Source: a phage
Reading direction: 5' to 3' (one strand)
Length of the DNA stretch: 64,000 bases
Sequence record: PZ026127.1
The notes beneath the pieces are model-generated. The model saw only the letters and a list, made by a program, of their open reading frames with translations. It had not been told where the DNA came from and ran no database searches. Position 1 is the first letter of the stretch. Each line of letters begins with the position of its first letter. Below, piece by piece: positions 28,547 through 37,749 of the stretch. The translations under genes and the position numbers were made by a program.

Positions 28547-29516
28547 AGTGGTAAATGGTTTAACTATTAATGAAAATGACTTCATGTGGGAACAGAAATA
28601 TCGTCCAGGTACTTTATCTGAGTGTATTCTGCCGGCGCATGATAAAGAAACCCTCCAAGCCATTGTTAATAAGGGTCTAATCCCTAACATTATCCTAGTC
28701 TCTGCTTCACCAGGCACAGGTAAAACTACCGTAGCTAAAGCATTGTGTGCTGATACAAATTCAGATATGCTGTTTGTTAACGGTTCTGACTGCCGTATTG
28801 ATTTCGTTCGTAATGAACTTACTCGTTTTGCATCTTCCAAATCTATCGAAGGTAAACGTAAGGTAATTGTTATCGACGAATTCGACCGCGCCGGTGTTGC
28901 TGAAGCTCAACGTCACCTTCGTTCGTTCTTAGAAGCCTATTCCTCAAACTGTTCTGTAATTATTACAGCAAACAATATTGATGGTATTATCGGCCCACTT
29001 CAATCCCGTTGTCGTGTTATTAAATTTGGTGAAGCCACTCCGGCCGACCAAACATCCATGATGAAAGAAATGATTCATCGTGCTGTAGCAATCTGTAAAA
29101 ACGAAAATATCGAAGTCGAAGACCTTAAAGTTATTGCTGCCTTAGTTAAACAAAACTTTCCTGACTTCCGTAAAACAGTTAACCAACTGGACCGTTACTC
29201 ATCCAGTGGTAAAATCGATACAGGCATTTTGAGTATTGTAATGAATACCAATTCGCCTATCGATGAAGTAGTGGCTGCACTTAAAGATAAAAACTTTAAA
29301 GAACTCCGTGCATTAGCTCCACGTCATGTCAACGATTATTCCAACTTTATTATGTCGCTGGCTAACGAACTCTATGGTAAATTGCCTGGACCAAGCATTG
29401 TTAGAATGTACGAAATTGTCGGTGAAAATAACCAATACCACGGTATTGCGGCTAACCCAGAAATTCACATGACTTATCTGTTCATCCAACTTGCTCTGGA
29501 GCTCCAATGGCTATAA
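28539..29516 (+). CDS. 44: Clamp loader large subunit gp44 (AAA+)
   Basis: EQKYRP N-terminus as in T4 gp44; Walker A SPGTGKTT; Walker B VIVIDEFD. Confidence 0.9.
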   Translation: MSKVVNGLTINENDFMWEQKYRPGTLSECILPAHDKETLQAIVNKGLIPNIILVSASPGTGKTTVAKALCADTNSDMLFVNGSDCRIDFVRNELTRFASSKSIEGKRKVIVIDEFDRAGVAEAQRHLRSFLEAYSSNCSVIITANNIDGIIGPLQSRCRVIKFGEATPADQTSMMKEMIHRAVAICKNENIEVEDLKVIAALVKQNFPDFRKTVNQLDRYSSSGKIDTGILSIVMNTNSPIDEVVAALKDKNFKELRALAPRHVNDYSNFIMSLANELYGKLPGPSIVRMYEIVGENNQYHGIAANPEIHMTYLFIQLALELQWL

Positions 29517-30079
29517 GTCTTTTTGATGATGACGTTGAACTGAACGAACATGAAGTTGCTTGGAAATCACGTAACGACGCTGCAATTCAAGCCTTGGCCG
29601 ATTCATTTAAAGAAAAGGCTGAAAACGAACTGTTCGCCATTATGAACGATATCACATATGGTAAGAACCAACGTAACTTGGCTCAGTCGGAAAACTACAA
29701 TCAATTTTGGCTCGATAATAGTTTGAGCCAACATGTGGATTGTATTATGCAGGCTGCAATGGTTAACTGTCTGAAACTTGATGACCAAAGTCATTTCAAC
29801 TATCTTTTACACGCTGTTCCTAAGGGTAAGAGGTTTGGTAAATGGGCTAAGGCCCATGATGATGAAGTTAGTGTAGTTTTTATTACTCGTTTATTGATGA
29901 AATACCATTCAATTAATAATGATGACGCTTATCGTTATCTCGAGACTTATAAAATTAAAGGCCATCTTCCAGCAGTGCTTAAGAAGATGAAAGGGTTGGT
30001 TACGGACGAATTCCTGAAATCCGTAACTAAAAATGTTAAAGAACAAAAAGACTTGAAAAAGAAAGCATTGGAATGGTAA
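29507..30079 (+). CDS. 62: Clamp loader small subunit gp62
   Basis: 190 aa immediately downstream of 44 with overlapping start, as in T4. Confidence 0.75.
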   Translation: MAISLFDDDVELNEHEVAWKSRNDAAIQALADSFKEKAENELFAIMNDITYGKNQRNLAQSENYNQFWLDNSLSQHVDCIMQAAMVNCLKLDDQSHFNYLLHAVPKGKRFGKWAKAHDDEVSVVFITRLLMKYHSINNDDAYRYLETYKIKGHLPAVLKKMKGLVTDEFLKSVTKNVKEQKDLKKKALEW

Positions 30080-30085
30080 ATTAAA

Positions 30086-30448
30086 ATGATTGAAATTACT
30101 CTGAAACAACCTGAAGACTTCTTGAAAGTTAAAGAGACCCTAACTCGTATGGGTATCGCTAATAATAAAGAAAAGAAACTATATCAATCCTGCCACATTC
30201 TGCAAAAGCAAGGGCTATATTATATCGTCCACTTTAAAGAGATGTTACGTATGGATGGCCGCCAAGTTGATATCGATGGTGAAGACTATCAACGTCGAGA
30301 TTCAATTGCCCAGCTTCTTAAGGAGTGGGGACTGATTGATATCGTAGACGACTCTGAGCTGTTCGAAATCACTAATAATTTCCGTGTCATTTCCTTTAAG
30401 CAGAAAAATGACTGGGAACTACTGTCTAAGTATACCATCGGTAATTAA
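30086..30448 (+). CDS. regA: Translational repressor RegA
   Basis: 120 aa; position between 62 and 43; resembles T4 RegA. Confidence 0.8.
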   Translation: MIEITLKQPEDFLKVKETLTRMGIANNKEKKLYQSCHILQKQGLYYIVHFKEMLRMDGRQVDIDGEDYQRRDSIAQLLKEWGLIDIVDDSELFEITNNFRVISFKQKNDWELLSKYTIGN

Positions 30449-30449
30449 T

Positions 30450-30665
30450 ATGATTCTTGAAATTGAAATGTGTGAACGTCTTAAAGAGGTATACGGACTT
30501 TCCCCAACTCAAACGATTTTTGACCTTTCCGAAGAGCTCCAAATAGAATTTCAAAAAGAACTCCATAAGTTGCTACATCCAGGTCAGAAAGTCTTCCAGG
30601 CTATGATTAAAACTAAAGACGAAGATGGTAATTCAACCATTAAACGTCAAACAATAGAAATTTAA
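30450..30665 (+). CDS. Hypothetical protein
   Basis: Start at ATG 30450; 71 aa. Confidence 0.35.
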   Translation: MILEIEMCERLKEVYGLSPTQTIFDLSEELQIEFQKELHKLLHPGQKVFQAMIKTKDEDGNSTIKRQTIEI

Positions 30666-30667
30666 GC

Positions 30668-30689
30668 AAAGGGACTTCGGTCCCTTTTG
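30668..30689 (+). terminator. Rho-independent terminator (UUCG tetraloop)
   Basis: AGGGAC-TTCG-GTCCCTTTT. Confidence 0.6.
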
Positions 30690-30751
30690 GAGTATAATGA
30701 TTCATCAACAAACAAAAGACAATCACTCGTCTATAAAGGAAATGAAATGAA

Positions 30752-33463
30752 ATGCAAGAATTCTATTTGACAGTCGAACAAATCGGTGATAATATTCTCG
30801 AACGTTACATCGATAAAAATGGTAACGAACGTAGTCGTGAAGTTCCATACAAGCCTACAATGTTTATGCATGCTAATCCAGAGCAAGCCGTAAAATACAT
30901 TGATATCTATGGTAAGGGTTGTGTTAAGAAAGAATTCGATTCTATGCGTGATGCATCCCAATGGATGAAACGTATGGATGATATGGGTCTCGAAGCCCTG
31001 GGTATGGACGACTATAAATTAGCCTATTTGTCTGATACCTATCGTAAAGAAATCAAATATGATTCTTCTAAGATTCGTATTGCTAACTTCGACATCGAGG
31101 TAACATCTCCTGATGGATTCCCTGAACCAGCTCAGGCTAAACATCCTATCGATGCCATTACCCACTACGACTCGATTGACGATAAATTCTATGTATTCGA
31201 CCTTTTAGTTTCGCCTTATGGTACTGTTGAAGAGTGGTCGATTAAAATCGCTGAGAAACTCCAAGACGAAGGTGGTGACGAAGTTCCACAGGAAATCATT
31301 GACAAAATCGTTTATCTTCCGTTTAATTCTGAAGAAGAAATGATGCTTGAGTACTTGAATTTCTGGCAACAGAAAACTCCTGTGATTTTGACTGGATGGA
31401 ACGTTGAGTCGTTTGACGTACCGTACGTTTATAACCGTCTGAAAAATCTGTTCGGTGAGAACACTGCTAAGCGATTAAGCCCACATCGTAAAACTCGTGT
31501 TAAAGTTATTGAGAACATGTACGGTGCTCGTGAAATCATTACATTGTTCGGTATCTCTGTTCTGGATTATATCGACCTCTATAAAAAATTCAGCTTCACC
31601 AACCAGCCTTCTTATTCTCTGGATTATGTTTCTGAATATGAATTGAAAGTAGGTAAGTTGAAATATGATGGTCCAATCTCCAAGTTACGTGAGACGAACC
31701 ACCAACGATATATTTCCTATAATATTATCGACGTATATCGTGTAGTGCAGATTGATATGAAACGCCAGTTCATTCTTCTGAGTTTGGACATGGGTTATTA
31801 TGCCAAGATGCAGATTCAGTCGGTGTTCAGTCCAATTAAGACTTGGGACGCTATTATCTTTAATAGCCTTAAAGAGCAAGGCAAGGTAATTCCACAAGCT
31901 CGTTCACACGTGGTCCAACCTTATCCTGGTGCTTTCGTTAAGGAACCGATTCCTAACGCTTACAAATATGTAATGAGTTTCGACCTTACATCTCTGTATC
32001 CGAGTATCATTCGACAAGTGAATATAAGCCCAGAGACCATCGCAGGGACATTCGCTAACGCACCGATACATGAATATATTGCCGGAACAGCTCCGCGTCC
32101 TAGCGACACCTACAGTTGCTCTCCTAACGGCATGATGTATTATAAAGACCGTGAAGGTGTGATTCCGACAGAAATCACAAAGGTATTCTTGCAGCGTAAA
32201 GAACATAAAGGTTACATGCTTGCAGCTCAGCGTAATGGTGAGTTAATTAAAGAAGCATTGGAAAATCCTAATCTCTCGGTTGATAGTCCACTGGATATCG
32301 ATTATCGTTTTGACTTCTCTGACGAAATCAAAGCCCAGATTAAAGCACTGTCAGCGCCTTCTTTAAGAGAAATGTTGAAGAAAGCCGAGCTCACTGAAGT
32401 TGCAGGTAACACGGCTCAGATTAACCGTAAGTTGCTTATCAACTCCCTTTATGGTGCACTTGGTAACGTATGGTTCCGTTACTATGACCTCAGGAACGCA
32501 ACTGCAATCACATTGTTTGGTCAAATGGCCCTCCAATGGATTGAACGTAAGGTTAACGAATATCTGAATAGCGTGTGTAAGACTGAAAATCAGAAGTTCG
32601 TGCTCTATGGTGATACTGACTCCATTTATGTTAAGGCCGATGCAATCATCAATAAAGTAGGCGAAGATAAATTTCGTGACACTAACCACTGGGTCGACTT
32701 CTTAGATAAATTTGCACGTGAACGTATGGAACCAGCTATTGATGCAGGCTTCCGTGAGATGTGCGAATACATGAACAACAAACAACACTTGATGTTCATG
32801 GACCGAGAAGCTATCGCAGGTCCTCCACTTGGTTCTAAAGGTCTTGGTGGATTCTGGACAGGCAAGAAACGTTATGCACTGAACGTTTGGGACATGGAAG
32901 GTACTCGTTATGCCGAACCGCACTTGAAAATCATGGGTCTCGAAACTCAGAAATCAAGTACACCTAAAGCAGTTCAGAAAGCTCTGAAGGAATGTATCCG
33001 TCGTATGCTTCAGGAAGGCGAGGCATCTTTGCAAGAATATTTCAAACAGTTTAATAAGGAATTTAACGAACTCGATTATGTAAGCATTGCAGCAGTATCC
33101 AGTGCTAACAACATCGAGAAATATAATGAAGGTGGATTCCCGGGTTCTAAATGTCCATACCACATCAAAGGTTGCTTAGCTTACATGCGTGCTTCTGCAG
33201 GTGATTTGACTATGCCTCGTATCGTTGATGGTGAAAAGGTATATGTACTGCCACTTAAAGAAGGCAACCCGTTTGGTGAAGCTTGTATGGCATGGCCGTC
33301 AGGTATTGAACTTCCGGTTCAGATTCGTGACCAAGTCCTCCGTTGGATGGACTACAACGTACTGTTCCAAAAGACCTTTATCAAACCTCTGACCGGTTTT
33401 ACTGAGTCTGCTAAAATCGACTACGAGAAAAAAGCAACATTATTTGATATGTTCGACTTTTAA
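30752..33463 (+). CDS. 43: DNA polymerase gp43 (family B)
   Basis: 903 aa; N-terminus matches T4 gp43 (EFYxxxExxGxNIxERYID); exonuclease FDIEV; polymerase motifs SLYPSII, KxLxNSLYG, YGDTDS. Confidence 0.95.
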   Translation: MQEFYLTVEQIGDNILERYIDKNGNERSREVPYKPTMFMHANPEQAVKYIDIYGKGCVKKEFDSMRDASQWMKRMDDMGLEALGMDDYKLAYLSDTYRKEIKYDSSKIRIANFDIEVTSPDGFPEPAQAKHPIDAITHYDSIDDKFYVFDLLVSPYGTVEEWSIKIAEKLQDEGGDEVPQEIIDKIVYLPFNSEEEMMLEYLNFWQQKTPVILTGWNVESFDVPYVYNRLKNLFGENTAKRLSPHRKTRVKVIENMYGAREIITLFGISVLDYIDLYKKFSFTNQPSYSLDYVSEYELKVGKLKYDGPISKLRETNHQRYISYNIIDVYRVVQIDMKRQFILLSLDMGYYAKMQIQSVFSPIKTWDAIIFNSLKEQGKVIPQARSHVVQPYPGAFVKEPIPNAYKYVMSFDLTSLYPSIIRQVNISPETIAGTFANAPIHEYIAGTAPRPSDTYSCSPNGMMYYKDREGVIPTEITKVFLQRKEHKGYMLAAQRNGELIKEALENPNLSVDSPLDIDYRFDFSDEIKAQIKALSAPSLREMLKKAELTEVAGNTAQINRKLLINSLYGALGNVWFRYYDLRNATAITLFGQMALQWIERKVNEYLNSVCKTENQKFVLYGDTDSIYVKADAIINKVGEDKFRDTNHWVDFLDKFARERMEPAIDAGFREMCEYMNNKQHLMFMDREAIAGPPLGSKGLGGFWTGKKRYALNVWDMEGTRYAEPHLKIMGLETQKSSTPKAVQKALKECIRRMLQEGEASLQEYFKQFNKEFNELDYVSIAAVSSANNIEKYNEGGFPGSKCPYHIKGCLAYMRASAGDLTMPRIVDGEKVYVLPLKEGNPFGEACMAWPSGIELPVQIRDQVLRWMDYNVLFQKTFIKPLTGFTESAKIDYEKKATLFDMFDF

Positions 33464-33465
33464 GT

Positions 33466-33520
33466 GTTTACATACCACAAGGAACGTGGTAGTATCCTTC
33501 CTATCAACTACATGAGGAAA
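33466..33520 (+). promoter_or_regulatory. Early promoter cassette (PeSL variant)
   Basis: GTTTAC 33466-33471; TAGTAT; CCTTCCTATCAAC box; ATG 33526. Confidence 0.45.
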
Positions 33521-33525
33521 TTACA

Positions 33526-33762
33526 ATGGAAGCTTTAATCGTTAGTGCTGGTGTTTTAGGATTCGGTTCTCTGGTTATTATGTTCATCGGTTACTTTTTA
33601 CCATGGATTCTGGCTCTTCTGCGAGGCACTCGTAGTAATGTCGGAATTTTCTTCCTTAATCTCCTGTTAGGCTGGACGATGATTGGTTGGGTAGTGGCTT
33701 TAATCTGGGCTATCGTCGCTGAACGTAAATCAAACGCACAAATCATTATTGTTAAGCAATGA
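33526..33762 (+). CDS. Small two-helix membrane protein (Imm-like, positional)
   Basis: 78 aa, two hydrophobic helices, GW...ALIWA motif; occupies the T4 imm position after gene 43. Confidence 0.45.
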   Translation: MEALIVSAGVLGFGSLVIMFIGYFLPWILALLRGTRSNVGIFFLNLLLGWTMIGWVVALIWAIVAERKSNAQIIIVKQ

Positions 33763-33896
33763 AAATAATTATTTTATTTCTTATAATGACTGCCTTTACC
33801 ATTTATTGGGCAGTGGCAATTCCGCCAATGATTCCGACACTCATCATTGGATGGATTATTCTTATAGCACAAATTAAGTATAACTGTTTTAATTGA
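33759..33896 (+). CDS. Small hydrophobic membrane peptide
   Basis: 45-aa ORF, ATGA overlap; below track cutoff. Confidence 0.25.
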   Translation: MKIIILFLIMTAFTIYWAVAIPPMIPTLIIGWIILIAQIKYNCFN

Positions 33897-33903
33897 GGAT
33901 ATT

Positions 33904-34404
33904 ATGAAAAAGTTAATTATCGCAATGAGTATGCTCCTATCAGGTTGCGCGGTCCAATATGGTGATACAGTTTCGGCCGATGAAGTTGGTAAAGCTCGTA
34001 TCGCAGCTGAACAGAAACAATTCGATGGCGAAATGAAATTCCGTGCAGGTTCTGGACTTGTGTACACCCGAGCTAATAATCAATGCGGTAATAACTGTGC
34101 AAAATATGCTCAACAAGAAATCGAATTCCAACGTGAACAAGAGTCCAAGCGTGAAGCGGTACTAGCCAAACACCAGGCAGAAATGAAGCGTCAAGATGAT
34201 TTGTACAAAAAGCAGAAACTGTATGCGATGTGCGTAAACCATATCAATCTACAGATTTCCATCCACGAGGCTCGTTATTACGAAATGCTCGAAACCGAGA
34301 GCTTCGGTAAAGCTCGTGATTATAAGAAACAAATCGATAAGCTCAAGACCAAAGCACCGGCGGCAATAGAACAGTGTATTGAAATCGGTAAAGATAAGAT
34401 TTAA
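33904..34404 (+). CDS. Putative lipoprotein
   Basis: Signal peptide with lipobox LLSGC; coiled-coil-like remainder. Confidence 0.5.
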   Translation: MKKLIIAMSMLLSGCAVQYGDTVSADEVGKARIAAEQKQFDGEMKFRAGSGLVYTRANNQCGNNCAKYAQQEIEFQREQESKREAVLAKHQAEMKRQDDLYKKQKLYAMCVNHINLQISIHEARYYEMLETESFGKARDYKKQIDKLKTKAPAAIEQCIEIGKDKI

Positions 34405-34464
34405 GCAATACCAATTTATTAAAAATAGTGTATAATGTACCTACATTCACTTGAGGAACAGATA

Positions 34465-36138
34465 ATGAAAAAGGTTGTTATTTTAGGCGCGGGTCTTGGC
34501 TCACGGTTGTATCCAATTACCAACGAAATCCCGAAGGTACTGGTTAACTACAAACAACATACTGTATTAAAACATTTGTATGATTTGTATAGTAATCAAT
34601 CAGATGAAATTATTCTGGTTATTCACAGCAAATTTAACGACCTCGTTAAAGGCTATATTAAATCCATTAACATGATTAATAGTGATAAGCCTAAATTCAC
34701 TATTCGTAACGTTGATGTTGCCAATGGTTCGGCTCATGCTATCGATTGCATTGCCGAAGATATCATTGGGCACAATGTCTTGTTTAACTGGTGTGATATT
34801 ATTCCTGAAGGTCATAAAGTTGAGTGGGATAACGACTACTGTTATACCTATGGGACTGACTGTCGTTTTACATTTGAAGAACCGTACTTGCGTGAAATTG
34901 GTACCGGTGGTGGCGTAGTTGGCTTGTATCAGGTGGCTAATTGGACAGGTTTCGACCGTTCTAATTATGGTGAAGACCTTGCTGACAACCTGGATTCAAT
35001 GGTCCATTTGACTGAACGTAAGTTAGACTTTGTAGTTGATGTTGGTGACAAACTGAAACTGGCTAAGGCCCATGAAGATTCTGAAATTAACCGTGAATTT
35101 AATAAATTAGAGTTCACTGAGAATCTAGCTATTAAAGTACCTACAAACGAATTAGGTAAAGAAATCCAATCTAAAGAAATCAATTGGTACAATTCTATTG
35201 ATTCTGAATTCGTTCCTAGCATTGTAGACTTTGCTCCAGGTGAATTCATTAAAATGGAACGTATCTTTGGTCGAACCATGGCAGATGCCTACCGGTTTAT
35301 GTCTAAAGAAACTAAAGTCCTAATGGTTTATAAGGTTATTAGTGCATTACGTTCGTTCGGTGGAACTATCGATAATCCATCTGATGAGCAATGGTATTCT
35401 GATGTTAAGAAAGAAGTATTGGACAAGGTCCTTATTCGTAATGCTTCTATCGCCGGATTGATTGAAGGCTTTGCTCCACAGGGCATTACCCATGTTAACG
35501 ACTTTAAGGTAGGCGACCCTGAAAAACTTCTTCGCCATGCACTAGAAATTCTGTCTGAACATAAAGAACCGTACCAACTTATTCATGGCGACCCGCACTA
35601 CAGTAATATTATGTTGTCGGACGAAGGTGATATTAAAATCATCGACCCACGTGGTTATTTTGGTAATAGTTCTAAAGGCCCTGCGATTTATGATGAAGCT
35701 AAGGTGCTTTATTCTATCGATGGTTATGACAAATTTAACTCTGACCCTCTATGGGGTGGCTTAACTCGTAACGGAACTCGTGTATTCGTTGATATTGAAA
35801 AGGTTATGCCTTTAGATGATATTCCAATGTGTACATTTAAGCACAAGCTCTGGATTGCTGTTATCTGGATGGCATTGGCAGGTTACTTTAAAAATAACCC
35901 TCTGAAAGCTCTGGGTGCTTATTACAACGGTTTGTACCAACTGAGTGTGCTGCTGAAGCGACATCCTCGTAAGCGTAAGCTTATCACAGGTGAATTCGTT
36001 GATGAAGTTCGCGACCCTATCACGGCTCAAATTATCACTCGTTGTCCTGATAAGTGGGTTTTGCTTGACCAAGAAACTGGTGTAAAATATAAACCTACAG
36101 GTTCTACTGAACTCCACAAACAATGGAAGAAAATTTAA
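34465..36138 (+). CDS. Bifunctional sugar-1-phosphate nucleotidyltransferase / APH-family (anomeric sugar) kinase
   Basis: N-terminal KVVILGAGLGSRLYPIT...PKVLV matches the RmlA/GlmU-type NTase signature; C-terminal IHGDPHYSNIML (Brenner HGDxxxxN) and IIDPRG typical of APH/choline-kinase-like kinases. Confidence 0.6.
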   Translation: MKKVVILGAGLGSRLYPITNEIPKVLVNYKQHTVLKHLYDLYSNQSDEIILVIHSKFNDLVKGYIKSINMINSDKPKFTIRNVDVANGSAHAIDCIAEDIIGHNVLFNWCDIIPEGHKVEWDNDYCYTYGTDCRFTFEEPYLREIGTGGGVVGLYQVANWTGFDRSNYGEDLADNLDSMVHLTERKLDFVVDVGDKLKLAKAHEDSEINREFNKLEFTENLAIKVPTNELGKEIQSKEINWYNSIDSEFVPSIVDFAPGEFIKMERIFGRTMADAYRFMSKETKVLMVYKVISALRSFGGTIDNPSDEQWYSDVKKEVLDKVLIRNASIAGLIEGFAPQGITHVNDFKVGDPEKLLRHALEILSEHKEPYQLIHGDPHYSNIMLSDEGDIKIIDPRGYFGNSSKGPAIYDEAKVLYSIDGYDKFNSDPLWGGLTRNGTRVFVDIEKVMPLDDIPMCTFKHKLWIAVIWMALAGYFKNNPLKALGAYYNGLYQLSVLLKRHPRKRKLITGEFVDEVRDPITAQIITRCPDKWVLLDQETGVKYKPTGSTELHKQWKKI

Positions 36139-36521
36139 TGTCACATCGAGTAGAAAATAAGCCTCATTTATGTTTTGACATCGATAACACAATCACGATT
36201 TGGAACCATGACCGTGATTATGAAAACTTTAAACCGGACACCGAAATGGTGTCCATGATTAATAAGCTTTATGATGAAGGATGCGAGATTACCTTGTTCA
36301 CTGCCCGTGGTATGACTTCATGCGGTCCAGGTCGAATCTTGGTTGAAGTAGTTCCTGCATTGGTTAAGAATCTTGAAAAGATTGGATTGAAATATCATAA
36401 TCTGCTTACACATAAGCCGAGTTATACTTTTATCATCGATGACCGAGCAATCCGTCCTGACCACTTTAAAGAAATGGTTCGTGAAGGAACTCTTGAAACC
36501 TATAAGGCATATCATCCGTGA
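36138..36521 (+). CDS. HAD-superfamily phosphatase
   Basis: Motif I FDIDNTIT (DxDxT), motif II LFTARG, motif IV IIDDR; TAATG overlap with upstream gene. Confidence 0.6.
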   Translation: MSHRVENKPHLCFDIDNTITIWNHDRDYENFKPDTEMVSMINKLYDEGCEITLFTARGMTSCGPGRILVEVVPALVKNLEKIGLKYHNLLTHKPSYTFIIDDRAIRPDHFKEMVREGTLETYKAYHP

Positions 36522-37054
36522 AACCAAAAATCATTGTTATCGACGGCCCGGATAATTCCGGGAAGTCTACTTTAATTGAATCGCTTTTATCTGATAAGAA
36601 ATATCGTCTTATCGATTTCCCTAAAAAGATTAATGGTAAGTGCATTTCGATAGGGACTGATAATGACAAGGCTTTAGTCGAGACGTTGTATAAGTTTTTA
36701 GACCCTAATTTTGTCTACATCTTAGACCGTGGATATCCTAGTAATATTGTTTACTCAGGATTCCTTCGTGGTGAAATGGACCCCTATGTAGAACTGGAAG
36801 ATTGGAAAGGGTTTAAATCTGAATTCAATATTATTGAGGTTATTTTAACCCGTAATCCACTGGATAAAGACTTTGAAGATGACCTTATTAAATTAACCAA
36901 AGATGAGTTCAACCTAACTATCCGGCAATATGAAACATGTTTTGAAAACGTGTTTAAAATCTTAAATCACGACGGCCATAATAACTTGCTTAACGTCGAT
37001 ATGGTAGAATTAAAACGTCTGAATGAATATATTGAAAATAAGGTGAATAAATGA
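36518..37054 (+). CDS. P-loop kinase (thymidylate/dNMP kinase-like)
   Basis: IIVIDGPDNSGKSTL Walker A at N-terminus, DRGYPS; 178 aa. Confidence 0.5.
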   Translation: MKPKIIVIDGPDNSGKSTLIESLLSDKKYRLIDFPKKINGKCISIGTDNDKALVETLYKFLDPNFVYILDRGYPSNIVYSGFLRGEMDPYVELEDWKGFKSEFNIIEVILTRNPLDKDFEDDLIKLTKDEFNLTIRQYETCFENVFKILNHDGHNNLLNVDMVELKRLNEYIENKVNK

Positions 37055-37749
37055 AACACATTACCGCTGTTAGTTTTGAAAACGCGTTTAAGCAAATGAA
37101 CGAAGAAATCCTGGAAGCTCCACAGTTTGCAGTTGATTCTCGTATCGGCCGTTGTTATGAAATTGGTTCTGCTTCGGTAGAAGTACTGGATGCAAGCACC
37201 TATAAATTCACCGACCCTCGTATTAATCGTATCAACTATGATTATGCCGAATCTTTCTGGAAGTTTATGATTTCTGGTGGTACTGACGCCGCCGAAGCAT
37301 TTAAGGAATACCCTAATGTTGCTAAGTTCATTGATAAGCCGAAAAGTGACGTATTGCCTGCAAACTTCAACACTTTCTATGGACCTAGAATTGTGGCCCA
37401 ACTCCCAGCCTTACTTAAAGAGCTTAAAGAGAAGCCTAACTCAAGACGAGTTGTGTTCCAAATTCTCCAAGAACAAGACCAAGCCCTCCTTGATTCTGAC
37501 GAATCCTTAGAATATCCATGTACCGATTCGGTGACATATTATATTCGTGATGGACGTCTGTATGCACACACTCATATGCGTTCACAGAACTGTGCTATTG
37601 TTATGCAGCTGGATTTCTATCTGCAGGGTAAACTGATGGCCTTTATTGCTGAACAGTGTGGTGTTGGTCTGGGTACGTATTCCCATACTATGGTTAGTGC
37701 ACACGTATTTGAACGTGATTTTGACTACGTTCGAGGATTCCTGAAATGA
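37051..37749 (+). CDS. 42: dCMP hydroxymethylase (thymidylate synthase fold)
   Basis: RRVVFQI, catalytic Cys in EYPCTDS, MRSQN...LDF with Asp at the pyrimidine-discriminating position as in T4 gp42; T4 position. Confidence 0.75.
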   Translation: MKHITAVSFENAFKQMNEEILEAPQFAVDSRIGRCYEIGSASVEVLDASTYKFTDPRINRINYDYAESFWKFMISGGTDAAEAFKEYPNVAKFIDKPKSDVLPANFNTFYGPRIVAQLPALLKELKEKPNSRRVVFQILQEQDQALLDSDESLEYPCTDSVTYYIRDGRLYAHTHMRSQNCAIVMQLDFYLQGKLMAFIAEQCGVGLGTYSHTMVSAHVFERDFDYVRGFLK

